DNA of 64,000 bases from assembly GCA_964228815.1 (NCBI GenBank), contig CAXRAL010000009.1:5377-69376 (forward strand). The letters are read 5' to 3'. The stretch's first letter is position 1; each line of letters opens with the position of its first letter. The DNA is from Candidatus Poseidoniaceae archaeon (GTDB lineage: Archaea; Thermoplasmatota; Poseidoniia; Poseidoniales; Poseidoniaceae). The notes beneath the pieces are model-generated. The model saw only the letters and a list, made by a program, of their open reading frames with translations, made no database searches and was not told the origin of the DNA. The position numbers and the translations under genes were made by a program. Below are positions 49,570 through 58,517 of the stretch, one piece after another.

Positions 49570-50952
49570 TCAAACGAAGTCGTCTTCTCGTCCGTTGAGG
49601 TCACTCCGCTTGAGGGTGCTGACGCCGATGAGGGCAAGCAAGACCGAGACGGGGTTGAACAGGCCGTAGCCGAGCAGGAATCCTTCATCCTCGTCCATCA
49701 CGCTGAACGAGACGTTGCTGTCCACGGTTTCGTTGACCCAGATGGCGGCGTTGATGACGCGCTTCTGGTAGTTCAGATTCCACATGCCGTCCCCTTCCAC
49801 CACATCGTCGTCAACCTCGAAGGTGACTTGGGTGGCATTGCTGGCGTTGACACCAAAGAGCGGTGATGCCCAGAGAACTTCACCCGCAGGGCTGTGGTAC
49901 TCCAAACTGGCGTTGGCGGTTGAAGCGTGGCCGTGGTTCACAATGTCCAAGGTCAGTTCGTCGTCGTCAAGGAGGATGGATTGGACATCGAGTCGGGCAC
50001 GCCAGTACCAGACGTTGTCAATCAAGAAGCGCATGACGTCCATTTCTTCGCCGAGTCGGTCGTTGAGGTTCTCAAAACTGCCCGGCACAAATTGCTCGTC
50101 GTCGGTTTCGAACGTGAACGTTGGGAATCCCATGATGCCGTACCCGTAATCTCGGCTCGTGCCGCAGTTGGGATACAGCCCCTGGTTAGCGTTTTGGATG
50201 GGGATTTCCGAGACGTTCGCTTGAACATCATCACGGATGCGCCAGAACAATTCCCAGTCGGGTGGCTGCTCGGGCCATTTGCCCCACGGGTAAAGCATGA
50301 TCCAGACACCCGTGTGCATGGTAACGTACAGGTCTGCATCGTTGACGAAGGCGTTCATGTAGGCCGAGTTGGCGGCTGTTTCCGATTCACTGAACGCGCT
50401 GCTTCCGGGCTGCGTGGTCGGGCAGGTGTTCCAGTAGTGGTCGTAATTTCGATTCAAGTCAACCTGGTTGATGTTCCATCGGGTGTCGATGTCGTTGCCG
50501 TCAGGATTGAGCATGATGAGGATGTGGAGTTCGGTGTTTTGCAGGACCGTGATGGCCTCTTCGTTCCCTTCGGCCCAGCCGTTGATGTACCATTTTGCCG
50601 AAAGGTAGGCCAGGGCTGTTCCCAAATACTCGTTCCCGTGATGGCCGCCGTCGATGTAGATGATTTCCTTCGCTGAGCCGTTCGGTTTGGTGTCCATCGA
50701 CCAGTCAGACAGGCGAACCACCCAGAGGGTTTTGCCGAGTTCGGATTCACCCGCGCTGGTCAGGTCAACAATTTCCGGGTATTCGTCTGCCCAGTCGTTG
50801 ACATCAAGGGTGAGGGTGGCCCATGTGAGGTGGACGTGGCTGTCGATGGGATCACCCGGCCAAACGGGTGTCTGACTGGGATCGTATTGGGCAGCTGCGG
50901 GCGGCAGTACGGCCAACATCATGCAAACAACCAAGCCGATGGCTACTCGCAT
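49570..50952 (-). CDS. Secreted zinc carboxypeptidase (M14 family) with a C-terminal membrane anchor
   Basis: The zinc motif is IDGGHHGNEYLG. Also present are NPDGNDIDTRWN..DLNRNY and MHTGVWIMLYPWG. The signal peptide is MRVAIGLVVCMMLAVLPPAAA (ATG 50952; the ORF track has a GTG at 51003). The C-terminal helix is PVSVLLALIGVSTL. Confidence 0.85.
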   Translation of the reverse strand: MRVAIGLVVCMMLAVLPPAAAQYDPSQTPVWPGDPIDSHVHLTWATLTLDVNDWADEYPEIVDLTSAGESELGKTLWVVRLSDWSMDTKPNGSAKEIIYIDGGHHGNEYLGTALAYLSAKWYINGWAEGNEEAITVLQNTELHILIMLNPDGNDIDTRWNINQVDLNRNYDHYWNTCPTTQPGSSAFSESETAANSAYMNAFVNDADLYVTMHTGVWIMLYPWGKWPEQPPDWELFWRIRDDVQANVSEIPIQNANQGLYPNCGTSRDYGYGIMGFPTFTFETDDEQFVPGSFENLNDRLGEEMDVMRFLIDNVWYWRARLDVQSILLDDDELTLDIVNHGHASTANASLEYHSPAGEVLWASPLFGVNASNATQVTFEVDDDVVEGDGMWNLNYQKRVINAAIWVNETVDSNVSFSVMDEDEGFLLGYGLFNPVSVLLALIGVSTLKRSDLNGREDDFV

Positions 50953-50999
50953 GGGTGGCCCTTGCGGCGGTAAATGAAAAACGCTTGCCTGAAGCGCGC

Positions 51000-51419
51000 T
51001 CACCAGTCGGAGGTGAAGGCGTTGGGGTTGGCCACCTTTTCACCTTCGCGCGTCCAGATGCTGGGGCCGTCGGTGGCGTAAATGTCGGCGAAGGGATCGA
51101 TTTCTTCCTCTTGCAGGTTGCGTTGCATGTAGGCTTCGACGCGCTCCCGGAGGTCGGGCTTGAACTTCCAGTAGTGGATGCGCCATTCCCGTCCGTCCCA
51201 CAGCGTGGTTTCTTCGGATTCGGTGGTGAGCAAATCGTAGTCCTGGAACATGTAAAACAGGTTGCGGTCGGTTGGTTCGAGGGCGTTGTCGATGATGCGG
51301 TTGTAGAAACCAAAGAACCCGAGCGCGTGTTCGGCCATGCCTTGGGCGACCTCGGCGTCCATGTCGAGGTCAATGTGCTGTTGAATCGCCTTTGTTAGTT
51401 CTGCAAGTGTCATGCCCAT
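51000..51419 (-). CDS. Small cytoplasmic protein, hypothetical
   Basis: 139-aa ORF with normal coding composition, no TM helix, and a FTSDW terminus. It is in an operon-like position upstream of the carboxypeptidase gene. Confidence 0.5.
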   Translation of the reverse strand: MGMTLAELTKAIQQHIDLDMDAEVAQGMAEHALGFFGFYNRIIDNALEPTDRNLFYMFQDYDLLTTESEETTLWDGREWRIHYWKFKPDLRERVEAYMQRNLQEEEIDPFADIYATDGPSIWTREGEKVANPNAFTSDW

Positions 51420-51597
51420 CGTCTCGCCTCCGAACTCGGTAAACCGGGTGTTTTCGGTTCCCGTTGCTATATTTTATTGGTCACCGACCCATATTAAGTG
51501 TTCCATGTCTTTTCATGAAATCGGTCCTTTGAACCCGAAAATCGGGGCCTTGCCCACATCGGCAGGATGATGAAGGTGGCGAGGACTGACTCTAACC

Positions 51598-52614
51598 ATG
51601 TCGGAGGACTTTGAGGAAGGGGCGTTTCTCGGCCTCCCTCGTAGCGATGGTCCGATTGATGTTGCCGTGGTCCCCCTCGCTTACGAGTTGACCACCTCGT
51701 ACGGCACCGGTGCCGTCGATGGGCCGCAGGCCTGCGTTGAGGCCAGCGCCCAGGTCGAGTTGTACGACGATCGATTGGGCGACGACCTCCCGGCCGGTCT
51801 TGTCATCTCGACAGAGCCCGTTTGGGAGGGGACAGCCCCGACATTGCGAGCACAGTTGGACGAACTAGCGGCGCACGCTGCTTCGTTCTACAACGGCGAC
51901 CTGTTCCCCCTGTTCTTGGGAGGTGAGCACGGAATCCTGCCGCCCATCATGCACGCTGCTCGCCATCATCCGTCCGTCAACGGCGACCTTTCGACCCTGA
52001 CCGTGGTGCAACTCGACGCTCACGCCGACCTGAGAAGTTCCCTTGACGACGAGGCGTTCTCCCATGCTTGTGCGGCCTCTCGCAGCCTTGATGTGGGCGT
52101 TGGTCGAGTGCTCCAGGCGGGTATTCGCGCCTACAGTCTAGAGGAAGCCGAGCGAATTCAAAGCGACGAGCGCATCACGACCTTCTTTGCTCGAGACACT
52201 CAACACCCCCACACCGGTGGAGCAGCGTGGCAAGCGTGGCTCGACCAACTTTCGTCCCTGACCGGCCCGGTCCATTTCACCCTTGACATCGACGGACTGG
52301 ACGGTGCTTTGGTGCCAGCCACAGGTACGCCCGTGCCGGGGGGTCTCAGTTATTGGCAAGCGGTGGAAACCATTGAGACGCTGTTCGCCAATCCCAACGT
52401 CGTGGTGATCAGCGCTGACGTCAACGAAATCGTAGCCCAACACGACACGCCGCTCACGCAGTTCACGGCGGCAGGCCTCGCCACCAAGATCGTCGCCAGC
52501 CACGTACTCGCCCGTCGGGAAGGACGCTGGACGGCCTCCTCCATACCATCTCCCCTTCCTCCCGATGAAGCATACTTCCAGCGTTTTGAGCCGAGCGTTC
52601 CTCCGGCACCTTGA
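51598..52614 (+). CDS. speB: Agmatinase / ureohydrolase family protein
   Basis: The arginase-fold metal motifs GGEHGI, LDAHADL and TLDIDGLDGALVPATGTPVPGGLS are present. Confidence 0.85.
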   Translation: MSEDFEEGAFLGLPRSDGPIDVAVVPLAYELTTSYGTGAVDGPQACVEASAQVELYDDRLGDDLPAGLVISTEPVWEGTAPTLRAQLDELAAHAASFYNGDLFPLFLGGEHGILPPIMHAARHHPSVNGDLSTLTVVQLDAHADLRSSLDDEAFSHACAASRSLDVGVGRVLQAGIRAYSLEEAERIQSDERITTFFARDTQHPHTGGAAWQAWLDQLSSLTGPVHFTLDIDGLDGALVPATGTPVPGGLSYWQAVETIETLFANPNVVVISADVNEIVAQHDTPLTQFTAAGLATKIVASHVLARREGRWTASSIPSPLPPDEAYFQRFEPSVPPAP

Positions 52615-52622
52615 AATAGGCC

Positions 52623-53036
52623 ATGGTGAGGCAGGGCGCAGGTGAGTTCATGACGGTCAACCCTCCCCAAGGGGCCCACGTGTTTCTCGATTATGTCAAC
52701 GCCTATTTTGAGGGTGAAGATGACTACCAGTGGCTCTTTTCCACCATGCGAAAAGCGGTCGCTCAAAGTCCTGCCACCGAAGTCCATGCCCATCTCGCTC
52801 CGTTTGATGGAAGCACCTCGCCGCCGGGGTTTGCGGCCGTCGTGCTCATTGACGAGAGCCACATCACGGCCCACTGTTACGCCGATCGGGGCCTGCTGGC
52901 CGTGGATTGCTTCACCTGCGGCGACACCGATCCTGAAATCATCGCATCCTACCTTGACGAGCAACTTACGAAGCGGTTTCCGAACATGCTGCGAACACGG
53001 AAAGACCGCGTGGATCGGTTTCTCACGGGGGATTGA
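52623..53036 (+). CDS. speH: Pyruvoyl-dependent S-adenosylmethionine decarboxylase proenzyme (class 1; arginine decarboxylase activity is possible in archaea)
   Basis: The self-cleavage and active-site region is VLIDESHITAHCYADRGLLAVDCFTCGD (canonical ESH..H.....A.D.FTCG). The protein is 137 aa. Confidence 0.85.
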   Translation: MVRQGAGEFMTVNPPQGAHVFLDYVNAYFEGEDDYQWLFSTMRKAVAQSPATEVHAHLAPFDGSTSPPGFAAVVLIDESHITAHCYADRGLLAVDCFTCGDTDPEIIASYLDEQLTKRFPNMLRTRKDRVDRFLTGD

Positions 53037-53999
53037 GTGATGTCCATTCGTTCCTTCGTTGACGAGCATTACCGCCATTTCAATGCGGGGACGGTCGCTC
53101 GAGCATCGTCCTCCCTCGTGGAGGTTCTCGATGACGGCGAGCGCATTTTCCTAACGCTGGCCGGTGCGATGAGCACGGCGGAAATTGGACGCAGCTTGGC
53201 CGATATGATTCGTGCGGGGCACATCGCAGCCATCTCGTGCACGGGTGCGAACCTCGAAGAGGACGTGTTCAACCTGGTCGCCCATGATGCCTACGTCAAG
53301 GTGGTCAATCACGAGGACCTCTCGCCTCAAGACGAGGCAGCGCTGCTGGAACGCAAGTTGAACCGGGTGACCGATGTGTGCATCCCTGAGGACGCCGCGA
53401 TTCGGGCCATTGAACACCATCTCATGGGTCTGTGGCGGGCTGCACAGGAAGCCAGTGAATCCCTGTTGCCCCACGAATATCTGTATCGCTTGCTGCGCTC
53501 GGGGGTCCTCGAAGACACCTACCAAGCCGAGCCAAACCACTCCTGGTTGTTGGCCGCTGCCGAGGTCAACCTCCCGCTTTTCGTCCCCGGCTGGGAGGAC
53601 TCCACGCTGGGCAACATCTTCGCCGCTCGTTGTTCGGAAGGGCATCTTCATCCTGACGTGGTGCTGAGTGGGACCCACTACATGACGGACCTGATGGCGT
53701 TCTACCGCTCGTGCACCACCCCCCTGGCGTTCCTCCAGTCCGGAGGAGGCATCGCAGGGGATTTTCCCATCTGCGTGGTGCCGCTGCTCCACCAAGATTT
53801 GAGGGAGGAACACGTCCCACTTTGGTCGTGGTTTTGCCAAATCACGGATGCCACCGCTTCATACGGCGGCTACTCCGGGGCACCCCCCAACGAGAAAATC
53901 ACGTGGGGGAAACTGGCCGTGGAGACACCCAAGTTCAACGTCCAAAGCGATGCAACCATCGTGCTGCCGCTCATGTTCGCTTATGTTCTTGACCGATAA
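53037..53999 (+). CDS. dys: Deoxyhypusine synthase
   Basis: LAGAMSTAEIGRSLADMIRAGHIAAISCTGANLEEDVFNL and YGGYSGAPPNEKITWGK (Lys-containing active-site region) are present. The GTG at 53037 and the ATG at 53040 directly follow the speH stop. Confidence 0.9.
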   Translation: MMSIRSFVDEHYRHFNAGTVARASSSLVEVLDDGERIFLTLAGAMSTAEIGRSLADMIRAGHIAAISCTGANLEEDVFNLVAHDAYVKVVNHEDLSPQDEAALLERKLNRVTDVCIPEDAAIRAIEHHLMGLWRAAQEASESLLPHEYLYRLLRSGVLEDTYQAEPNHSWLLAAAEVNLPLFVPGWEDSTLGNIFAARCSEGHLHPDVVLSGTHYMTDLMAFYRSCTTPLAFLQSGGGIAGDFPICVVPLLHQDLREEHVPLWSWFCQITDATASYGGYSGAPPNEKITWGKLAVETPKFNVQSDATIVLPLMFAYVLDR

Positions 54000-54049
54000 G
54001 GGCACATCATCCCCAAAGTCTTGAAGGGGAGCAGCACTACCTTCTCACC

Positions 54050-57000
54050 ATGACGAATCGAGGAGTGAGCCTCTGCCTTGCGGTTCTTTTGGCGATATCG
54101 TTGGTGCCGGCCTCGGTCCAAGCGGACGAGGTTCCATCCGTGCAGATCACCACGCACTGGGTCGGAGACGGGCCCACAACGACCCTTCACGCCTACACCC
54201 TGACCTTCTCGGACAACGGAATTTACAGTGTTGACATCGACATGCTCCAGAACCGTAACGGTACGGCGCTGCCAACCTCATACAACCTTGCGTGGGACAG
54301 CACGGGCGGTGTACGCACAGCGCTCCTTACGTTTGACACGTCCTTGGCGTGGGGTGATGTGATTGATTTGACCGTCACCATCACGGACCACGACGGGACA
54401 TCGGGCCTTGACATCGCAACGCAGCGCACCTTTACTGTCGGGCAGTGGAATCAACCGATGGACGACCATGAAGTCCTCCTTTCGACCTCGTGGGCGATGA
54501 ACCAAAATTACACCACCGAAGCAGGCGAACAAGCGTTTGACCTCTCGTTCACGGGCCAAGGTTGGCAGGAACGTGTCGGCACCACCCTCTCGTCATGGGA
54601 ACTCGGCAACGGCACCTTCCGAACCGTGGAAACCACAGAGGACGGGACAACGGAATTGGACTTGGTACTGACTCAACTGTGGAAGAACGAATCCGTTGTC
54701 GCAGGACTGCTCACCAGCCAAGTCTTTGATGCTCGAGGCTTTGGAAACCTCCAGACCACGGTCATTGACGGCGATATGGTGACGGTGATCGACGCCGATG
54801 TGTCGCAGGCACTTCTCAACCGGTCGGTCATCAACGGTGTGGTTGGCGAACATCTTTCGATTGAGGCTATGGGTTTGCTCAACGTCTCGGAAGATGGTGA
54901 GGAGAACAATTCGCTTTCCATCGATGGCGAACTCGCTGTGTTCTTGTTTGAGTACGTCGACCTCGATGGCGAGCGTTTGCTGCAGCACACGCAGTTTGAA
55001 GCGATGGCCGATTTCATCCTGATTGAAGACGGGTCTCGGCTGGACGTCTCGCTGGACGGTTTTTCCTCCCTTGCTCGGTGGGAAAACGGTGTGCGCACGC
55101 AGCACTTGGAAGAGCTCTACGGAGCCGGCACGTTCGGATTTGCCGACCAGGACGAAAATGCTTCATTGCAGGTGAACGGCACCATCCTCGACCTCCACAC
55201 GAAACTCGAAAACGGCACGACCCTCATTGATGACCTTCACGTTGACGGCACCCTTTCGGGCGACGTGCAGGGCACGTTCGGTGTGGTTCGAACCATCGAA
55301 GACACCGGCATGCAAGCCAACGCTACGGGCGAGCTCTTTCTCGTGAACGTCATCTTCCAGGAATCATGGTTCAACATCACCGGCATCAACGGTGGGAATT
55401 TCTTTGACGGCGCTGGCGTTGGCGCTACGCACAATGAAACATGGGACTACCAAGCCGTCCAATCCGACTGGGACAACCGAACGGTCCGCCTCGTCTGGCG
55501 AGAAACGGGGCCGGATGCCTCGGAGGGAGAGGAATTCCCAGAACGGAGCCCGATTCAGCAAAACGCAACGGCACCGGTGGCTGAAGAAGGTCTTGGCAAC
55601 CTCACGGTAGGTCGAGAAACAGGCCTCATGCCCATCCCGCTGATGAAGGACGACCGTCTTCGTCTTGCAGGTCAGGAAGGCATCACGCTGACGGTGTCGG
55701 CCGGTGACACCCGCATTGATGTCAGGGACGGGCACAACCTCACCGTCATCGAGTGGACGGGCGTCTACGAGGGCGATGGTGAGGCCGGTTTAGCTTCGGG
55801 TGCCATGGTGTCTGCCGGGCCGCTCAAAGGCCTCCTGTCCACCGTCCAGCGAACATTGGCCGTGCCGTTTGGCGAGGACAGCGAAACGGTCGTGCTGGAG
55901 GAAACGCAAACCCTCGAGCGAGTGCTTTCTCCGGAAATCGTCAGCGAGGACGACAACACGGCTCCGTCCATCGGTGAACTTCAGTGGCGAGACGGGCTTG
56001 CCATTGGCGAAGGCGCCATGGTTGCTCATCTCGAAGTGAGCGTCACCGACCAGGAGTGGAACGTCATCGGCGTGACCGCCGACCTGTCGTCCCTTGATTT
56101 GGGCGAAGTGGAACTCAACGACCGCGGCCTCAACGGCGACGCCGCCATCGGTGATGATATCTACACGGCGTCGGTGATCATCACCGGCCTCCAGGTTGGC
56201 GCTCATTCGGTCAGCGTGTCCGCCACGGACAGTTTCGGAGCCACGAGTTCCACCACGGGGGAGCTCGATGTGAGCAATCAGGCCCCGCGAATCATCGATG
56301 TTGAGGTGGTGCCAACCTCCCTGGAGCGAGGTCAATCCGCCGTGATTAACGTTGAGGCCTACGACGGGCACGGCGTCGATCGAGTCCAACTCGATCTTCG
56401 GGAGTACGGTGGCGGAGTCGTGAACATGACCTCCGAGGACAGTCTGGTTTGGGCGGCCATGGTCGAAATGCCCATCGGAATGAATCCGGGTCATCGGTCC
56501 ATGCTGATCGTGGCCACAGACCAACTGGGGGCCACCACGCAGCAGCGGTTCTTCACGCCGGTCGACGAGGTTGGAAGCCCCGTGTATGGGCCTCACCACG
56601 TCGCATCGGTGGTGGAACTGCCAATCGAAATTCACATCCTCAACGACCGGCCCGTGCTGGTCAGCGACTCGGTACGCCTCGACAAAAATCCAGACGAGCA
56701 AGCGGTCTACACGGTCCAAGCCACCGATCCTGACGGCGTGGAACGCGTTCAAATCCGGCTCGGCGTCTTTGCGCCCATCGGTGGTGGCGAATGGGCCATG
56801 ATGCACGACGACGGCGTGAACGGTGGCGATGAAGTGGCGGGCGACGGCACGTACAGCGTCCTCCTATCCGTACGGGGTGGAACACCGCTTGGCACCCATC
56901 AAGTCTCGTTGAGGGCGTTTGACGTCTACGGGGAGTTGAACACGGATTCCGCCGTCATTTCGCTCGCTGAACCCGATACTCCGGGTGTCTCCGAAGGTGG

Positions 57001-57124
57001 CCTCAGCACCATGGTGCTTGGCGCCCTGGGGATGGTGGTCTTCCTCGGTGCCTTGGTGGTCCTTGCGTTGATGCTTCGCCGAGGTGGTGGAGGCGAGGGT
57101 GGCGACCGCTTCGGCATGCAATGA
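54050..57124 (+). CDS. Giant cell-surface protein with a signal peptide, repeated Ig-like modules and a C-terminal TM anchor
   Basis: 1024 aa. The signal peptide is MTNRGVSLCLAVLLAISLVPASVQA. The body is acidic and T/D/G/V-rich. The recurring module ends are LNDRGLNGDAAIGDDIYTASVII..GAHSVSVSATDSFG and MHDDGVNGGDEVAGDGTYSVLLSV..GTHQVSLRAFDVYG. The C-terminal helix is MVLGALGMVVFLGALVVLALML followed by RRGGGGEGG. Confidence 0.65.
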   Translation: MTNRGVSLCLAVLLAISLVPASVQADEVPSVQITTHWVGDGPTTTLHAYTLTFSDNGIYSVDIDMLQNRNGTALPTSYNLAWDSTGGVRTALLTFDTSLAWGDVIDLTVTITDHDGTSGLDIATQRTFTVGQWNQPMDDHEVLLSTSWAMNQNYTTEAGEQAFDLSFTGQGWQERVGTTLSSWELGNGTFRTVETTEDGTTELDLVLTQLWKNESVVAGLLTSQVFDARGFGNLQTTVIDGDMVTVIDADVSQALLNRSVINGVVGEHLSIEAMGLLNVSEDGEENNSLSIDGELAVFLFEYVDLDGERLLQHTQFEAMADFILIEDGSRLDVSLDGFSSLARWENGVRTQHLEELYGAGTFGFADQDENASLQVNGTILDLHTKLENGTTLIDDLHVDGTLSGDVQGTFGVVRTIEDTGMQANATGELFLVNVIFQESWFNITGINGGNFFDGAGVGATHNETWDYQAVQSDWDNRTVRLVWRETGPDASEGEEFPERSPIQQNATAPVAEEGLGNLTVGRETGLMPIPLMKDDRLRLAGQEGITLTVSAGDTRIDVRDGHNLTVIEWTGVYEGDGEAGLASGAMVSAGPLKGLLSTVQRTLAVPFGEDSETVVLEETQTLERVLSPEIVSEDDNTAPSIGELQWRDGLAIGEGAMVAHLEVSVTDQEWNVIGVTADLSSLDLGEVELNDRGLNGDAAIGDDIYTASVIITGLQVGAHSVSVSATDSFGATSSTTGELDVSNQAPRIIDVEVVPTSLERGQSAVINVEAYDGHGVDRVQLDLREYGGGVVNMTSEDSLVWAAMVEMPIGMNPGHRSMLIVATDQLGATTQQRFFTPVDEVGSPVYGPHHVASVVELPIEIHILNDRPVLVSDSVRLDKNPDEQAVYTVQATDPDGVERVQIRLGVFAPIGGGEWAMMHDDGVNGGDEVAGDGTYSVLLSVRGGTPLGTHQVSLRAFDVYGELNTDSAVISLAEPDTPGVSEGGLSTMVLGALGMVVFLGALVVLALMLRRGGGGEGGDRFGMQ

Positions 57125-57174
57125 CATGGCTCGCTCATCGGGCTCTTCTGTCAATCCCTCTTCGCCGACAACCG

Positions 57175-57180
57175 TTTAAA
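57175..57180 (+). promoter_or_regulatory. TATA-like box (TTTAAA) upstream of tRNA-Gly
   Basis: Located 26 nt upstream of the predicted tRNA 5' end (57206), the canonical archaeal spacing. Confidence 0.45.
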
Positions 57181-57205
57181 CTCCTTCAAGGTCGGACGGC
57201 TACCA

Positions 57206-57280
57206 GCGAGCGTAGTGTAGTGGTTATCACCGGGCGTTGCCAACGCCTGAACCCGGGTTCGAGTCCCGGCGCTCGCACCA
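57206..57280 (+). tRNA. tRNA-Gly (anticodon GCC), CCA encoded
   Basis: Manual cloverleaf. The acceptor stem is GCGAGCG/CGCTCGC. The D arm is GTGT-AGTGGTTA-TCAC. The anticodon stem is GGGCG/CGCCT with loop TTGCCAA. The variable region is GAAC. The T arm is CCGGG-TTCGAGT-CCCGG. The discriminator is A, followed by CCA. Confidence 0.9.
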
Positions 57281-57351
57281 CTGCAAGCCAATTGAGGTCA
57301 TTTTCCTCTCAATGTTTATGGGATGAACGCCCCCAACACAAGCCGAGAGCC

Positions 57352-57672
57352 ATGAGCGACCGCAGAGTGATTTTTGTTGGAAAAAAGCCCCTTCATGCCT
57401 ATGTCCGTGCCGTGGTCAAAGCCATGGAGGACGGCGACCGAGAAATTCAGCTGGTGGCCCGTGGCGCCACCATCTCAAGGGCGGTTGACGTGGCTGAAGT
57501 GTGCCGTCGAAGGAACGGCCACATCGCCCAAGGTTTACCAGCATCCGTGAACATTCAGCACCTCTCGTGCGAATCGGAAGAGGTCGAGGGTGAGAACGGT
57601 ATGCGAACGGTGAGCGTGCTTCGCATCGACATGGAAGGCGTGGGCGATGTCCCCGAGCGTCAAGATTCCTGA
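57352..57672 (+). CDS. albA: Alba (Sso10b-family) DNA/RNA-binding chromatin protein
   Basis: VIFVGKKPLHAYVRAVVKAMEDGDREIQLVARGATISRAVDVAEVCRRR aligns with the Alba core (V.IGKKPVMNYV.A.......G..E..I.ARG.AISKAVD..EI.R.R). The ATG at 57352 lies inside ORF 57121..57672. A TTTAT element lies about 35 nt upstream. Confidence 0.88.
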   Translation: MSDRRVIFVGKKPLHAYVRAVVKAMEDGDREIQLVARGATISRAVDVAEVCRRRNGHIAQGLPASVNIQHLSCESEEVEGENGMRTVSVLRIDMEGVGDVPERQDS

Positions 57673-58031
57673 GCGGTCAACAATTCGAGCCTTCGCTGAA
57701 TTTCCGCAGCCGTCGTTTCGTACACTTCGTACGCTTGGCCGACCGGGTCTTCAAGCTCCCAATCCTGGTCGATCTTGATCGCCGGGCAGTGAACGCCACA
57801 CCCCATGGAGATGACCATGTCAAAATCACTCGGATCGAAGTGATCCAAGGATTTGGGCGCCATGCCCTCCGTCGAGATGCCTCGGCCTTCAAGGAGGGTG
57901 ACGGCATGCCTGGCGACCGCTTGGGCAGGATGAGTACCAGCAGAGGCGGCTTCGAACCCCATGGATTTGGCCAACCCTTCGGCCATCTGAGAGCGACAGG
58001 AGTTTCCGACACATACGAACAGGACCTTCAT
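57660..58031 (-). CDS. Low-molecular-weight phosphotyrosine phosphatase / ArsC-type arsenate reductase family protein
   Basis: The ATG at 58031 gives MKVLFVCVGNSCRSQMAEG, the CX5R P-loop. Further Cys residues occur in MGCGVHCP. The upstream 97 codons of ORF 57660..58322 are Arg/Ser/Pro-rich and look non-coding. Confidence 0.85.
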   Translation of the reverse strand: MKVLFVCVGNSCRSQMAEGLAKSMGFEAASAGTHPAQAVARHAVTLLEGRGISTEGMAPKSLDHFDPSDFDMVISMGCGVHCPAIKIDQDWELEDPVGQAYEVYETTAAEIQRRLELLTAQES

Positions 58032-58116
58032 GCAGTCCACAAGCAGACGATGCCATTTAGACTCTCGCTCCATAGAAGGTTGATGCCTTGACATACCACG
58101 GCGTACACGGCCGCTT

Positions 58117-58458
58117 GTGTGGCGAGCACTCGGGCTCAACTTGGGCGTGTTCGGGCTCCTCTTTGGACTCCACATCGTGTTTGCAGCACGCGGCATGGAC
58201 ATCGCTTTTGCAGCGGTGGCTGCCCTCATCACCGTCCAAGTCGTTGCCTTTGGCCCCATTACAGCGTTGCGGGCTTCGCCAGAATCCGGGATTGAGCGTC
58301 GTCGTGCGCTCCGGCGCACCACTCCACTTTCGCTGGCGATGGGGATTGGACTAGCTTGGGCCTACGGCGGCATGGCGTGGTCGCTGCCGGCGCTGGTCGG
58401 CGTGCTCGGGGCCACGTTGGTGGTTCACGGCGCCGCTGACCGTCGATGGTCGGCGTGA
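58117..58458 (+). CDS. Small membrane protein (3-4 TM helices), hypothetical
   Basis: 113-aa ORF with hydrophobic helices LNLGVFGLLFGLHIVFAA, AFAAVAALITVQVVAFGPI and LSLAMGIGLAWAYGGMAWSLPALVGVLGATLVV. The start codon is uncertain. Confidence 0.4.
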   Translation: MWRALGLNLGVFGLLFGLHIVFAARGMDIAFAAVAALITVQVVAFGPITALRASPESGIERRRALRRTTPLSLAMGIGLAWAYGGMAWSLPALVGVLGATLVVHGAADRRWSA

Positions 58459-58517
58459 CGTGCGGTATCATTCCCCCTTGTGGGTGGGTTGAAGTAGGCC
58501 AGTTTGGTGGTCACATC

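Noticed and set aside
57206-57280. tRNA-Gly as an integration hotspot or genomic island border.
   Set aside because: No integrase, no direct repeat of the tRNA 3' end, and no compositional shift are visible on either side. The flanking genes (surface protein, alba) look native.
57660-57672. 13-nt convergent overlap between the 3' ends of albA and the LMW-PTP/ArsC gene.
   Set aside because: Short convergent 3' overlaps are common in this tightly packed window, for example 22822-22827 and 62026-62035. They need no special explanation.
58032-58322. 97-codon N-terminal extension of the LMW-PTP/ArsC ORF.
   Set aside because: The family's CX5R P-loop sits at the extreme N-terminus (MKVLFVCVGNSCRSQ), so the ATG at 58031 is the start. 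The extension is low-complexity Arg/Ser/Pro/Ala sequence and overlaps a plausible plus-strand membrane ORF.
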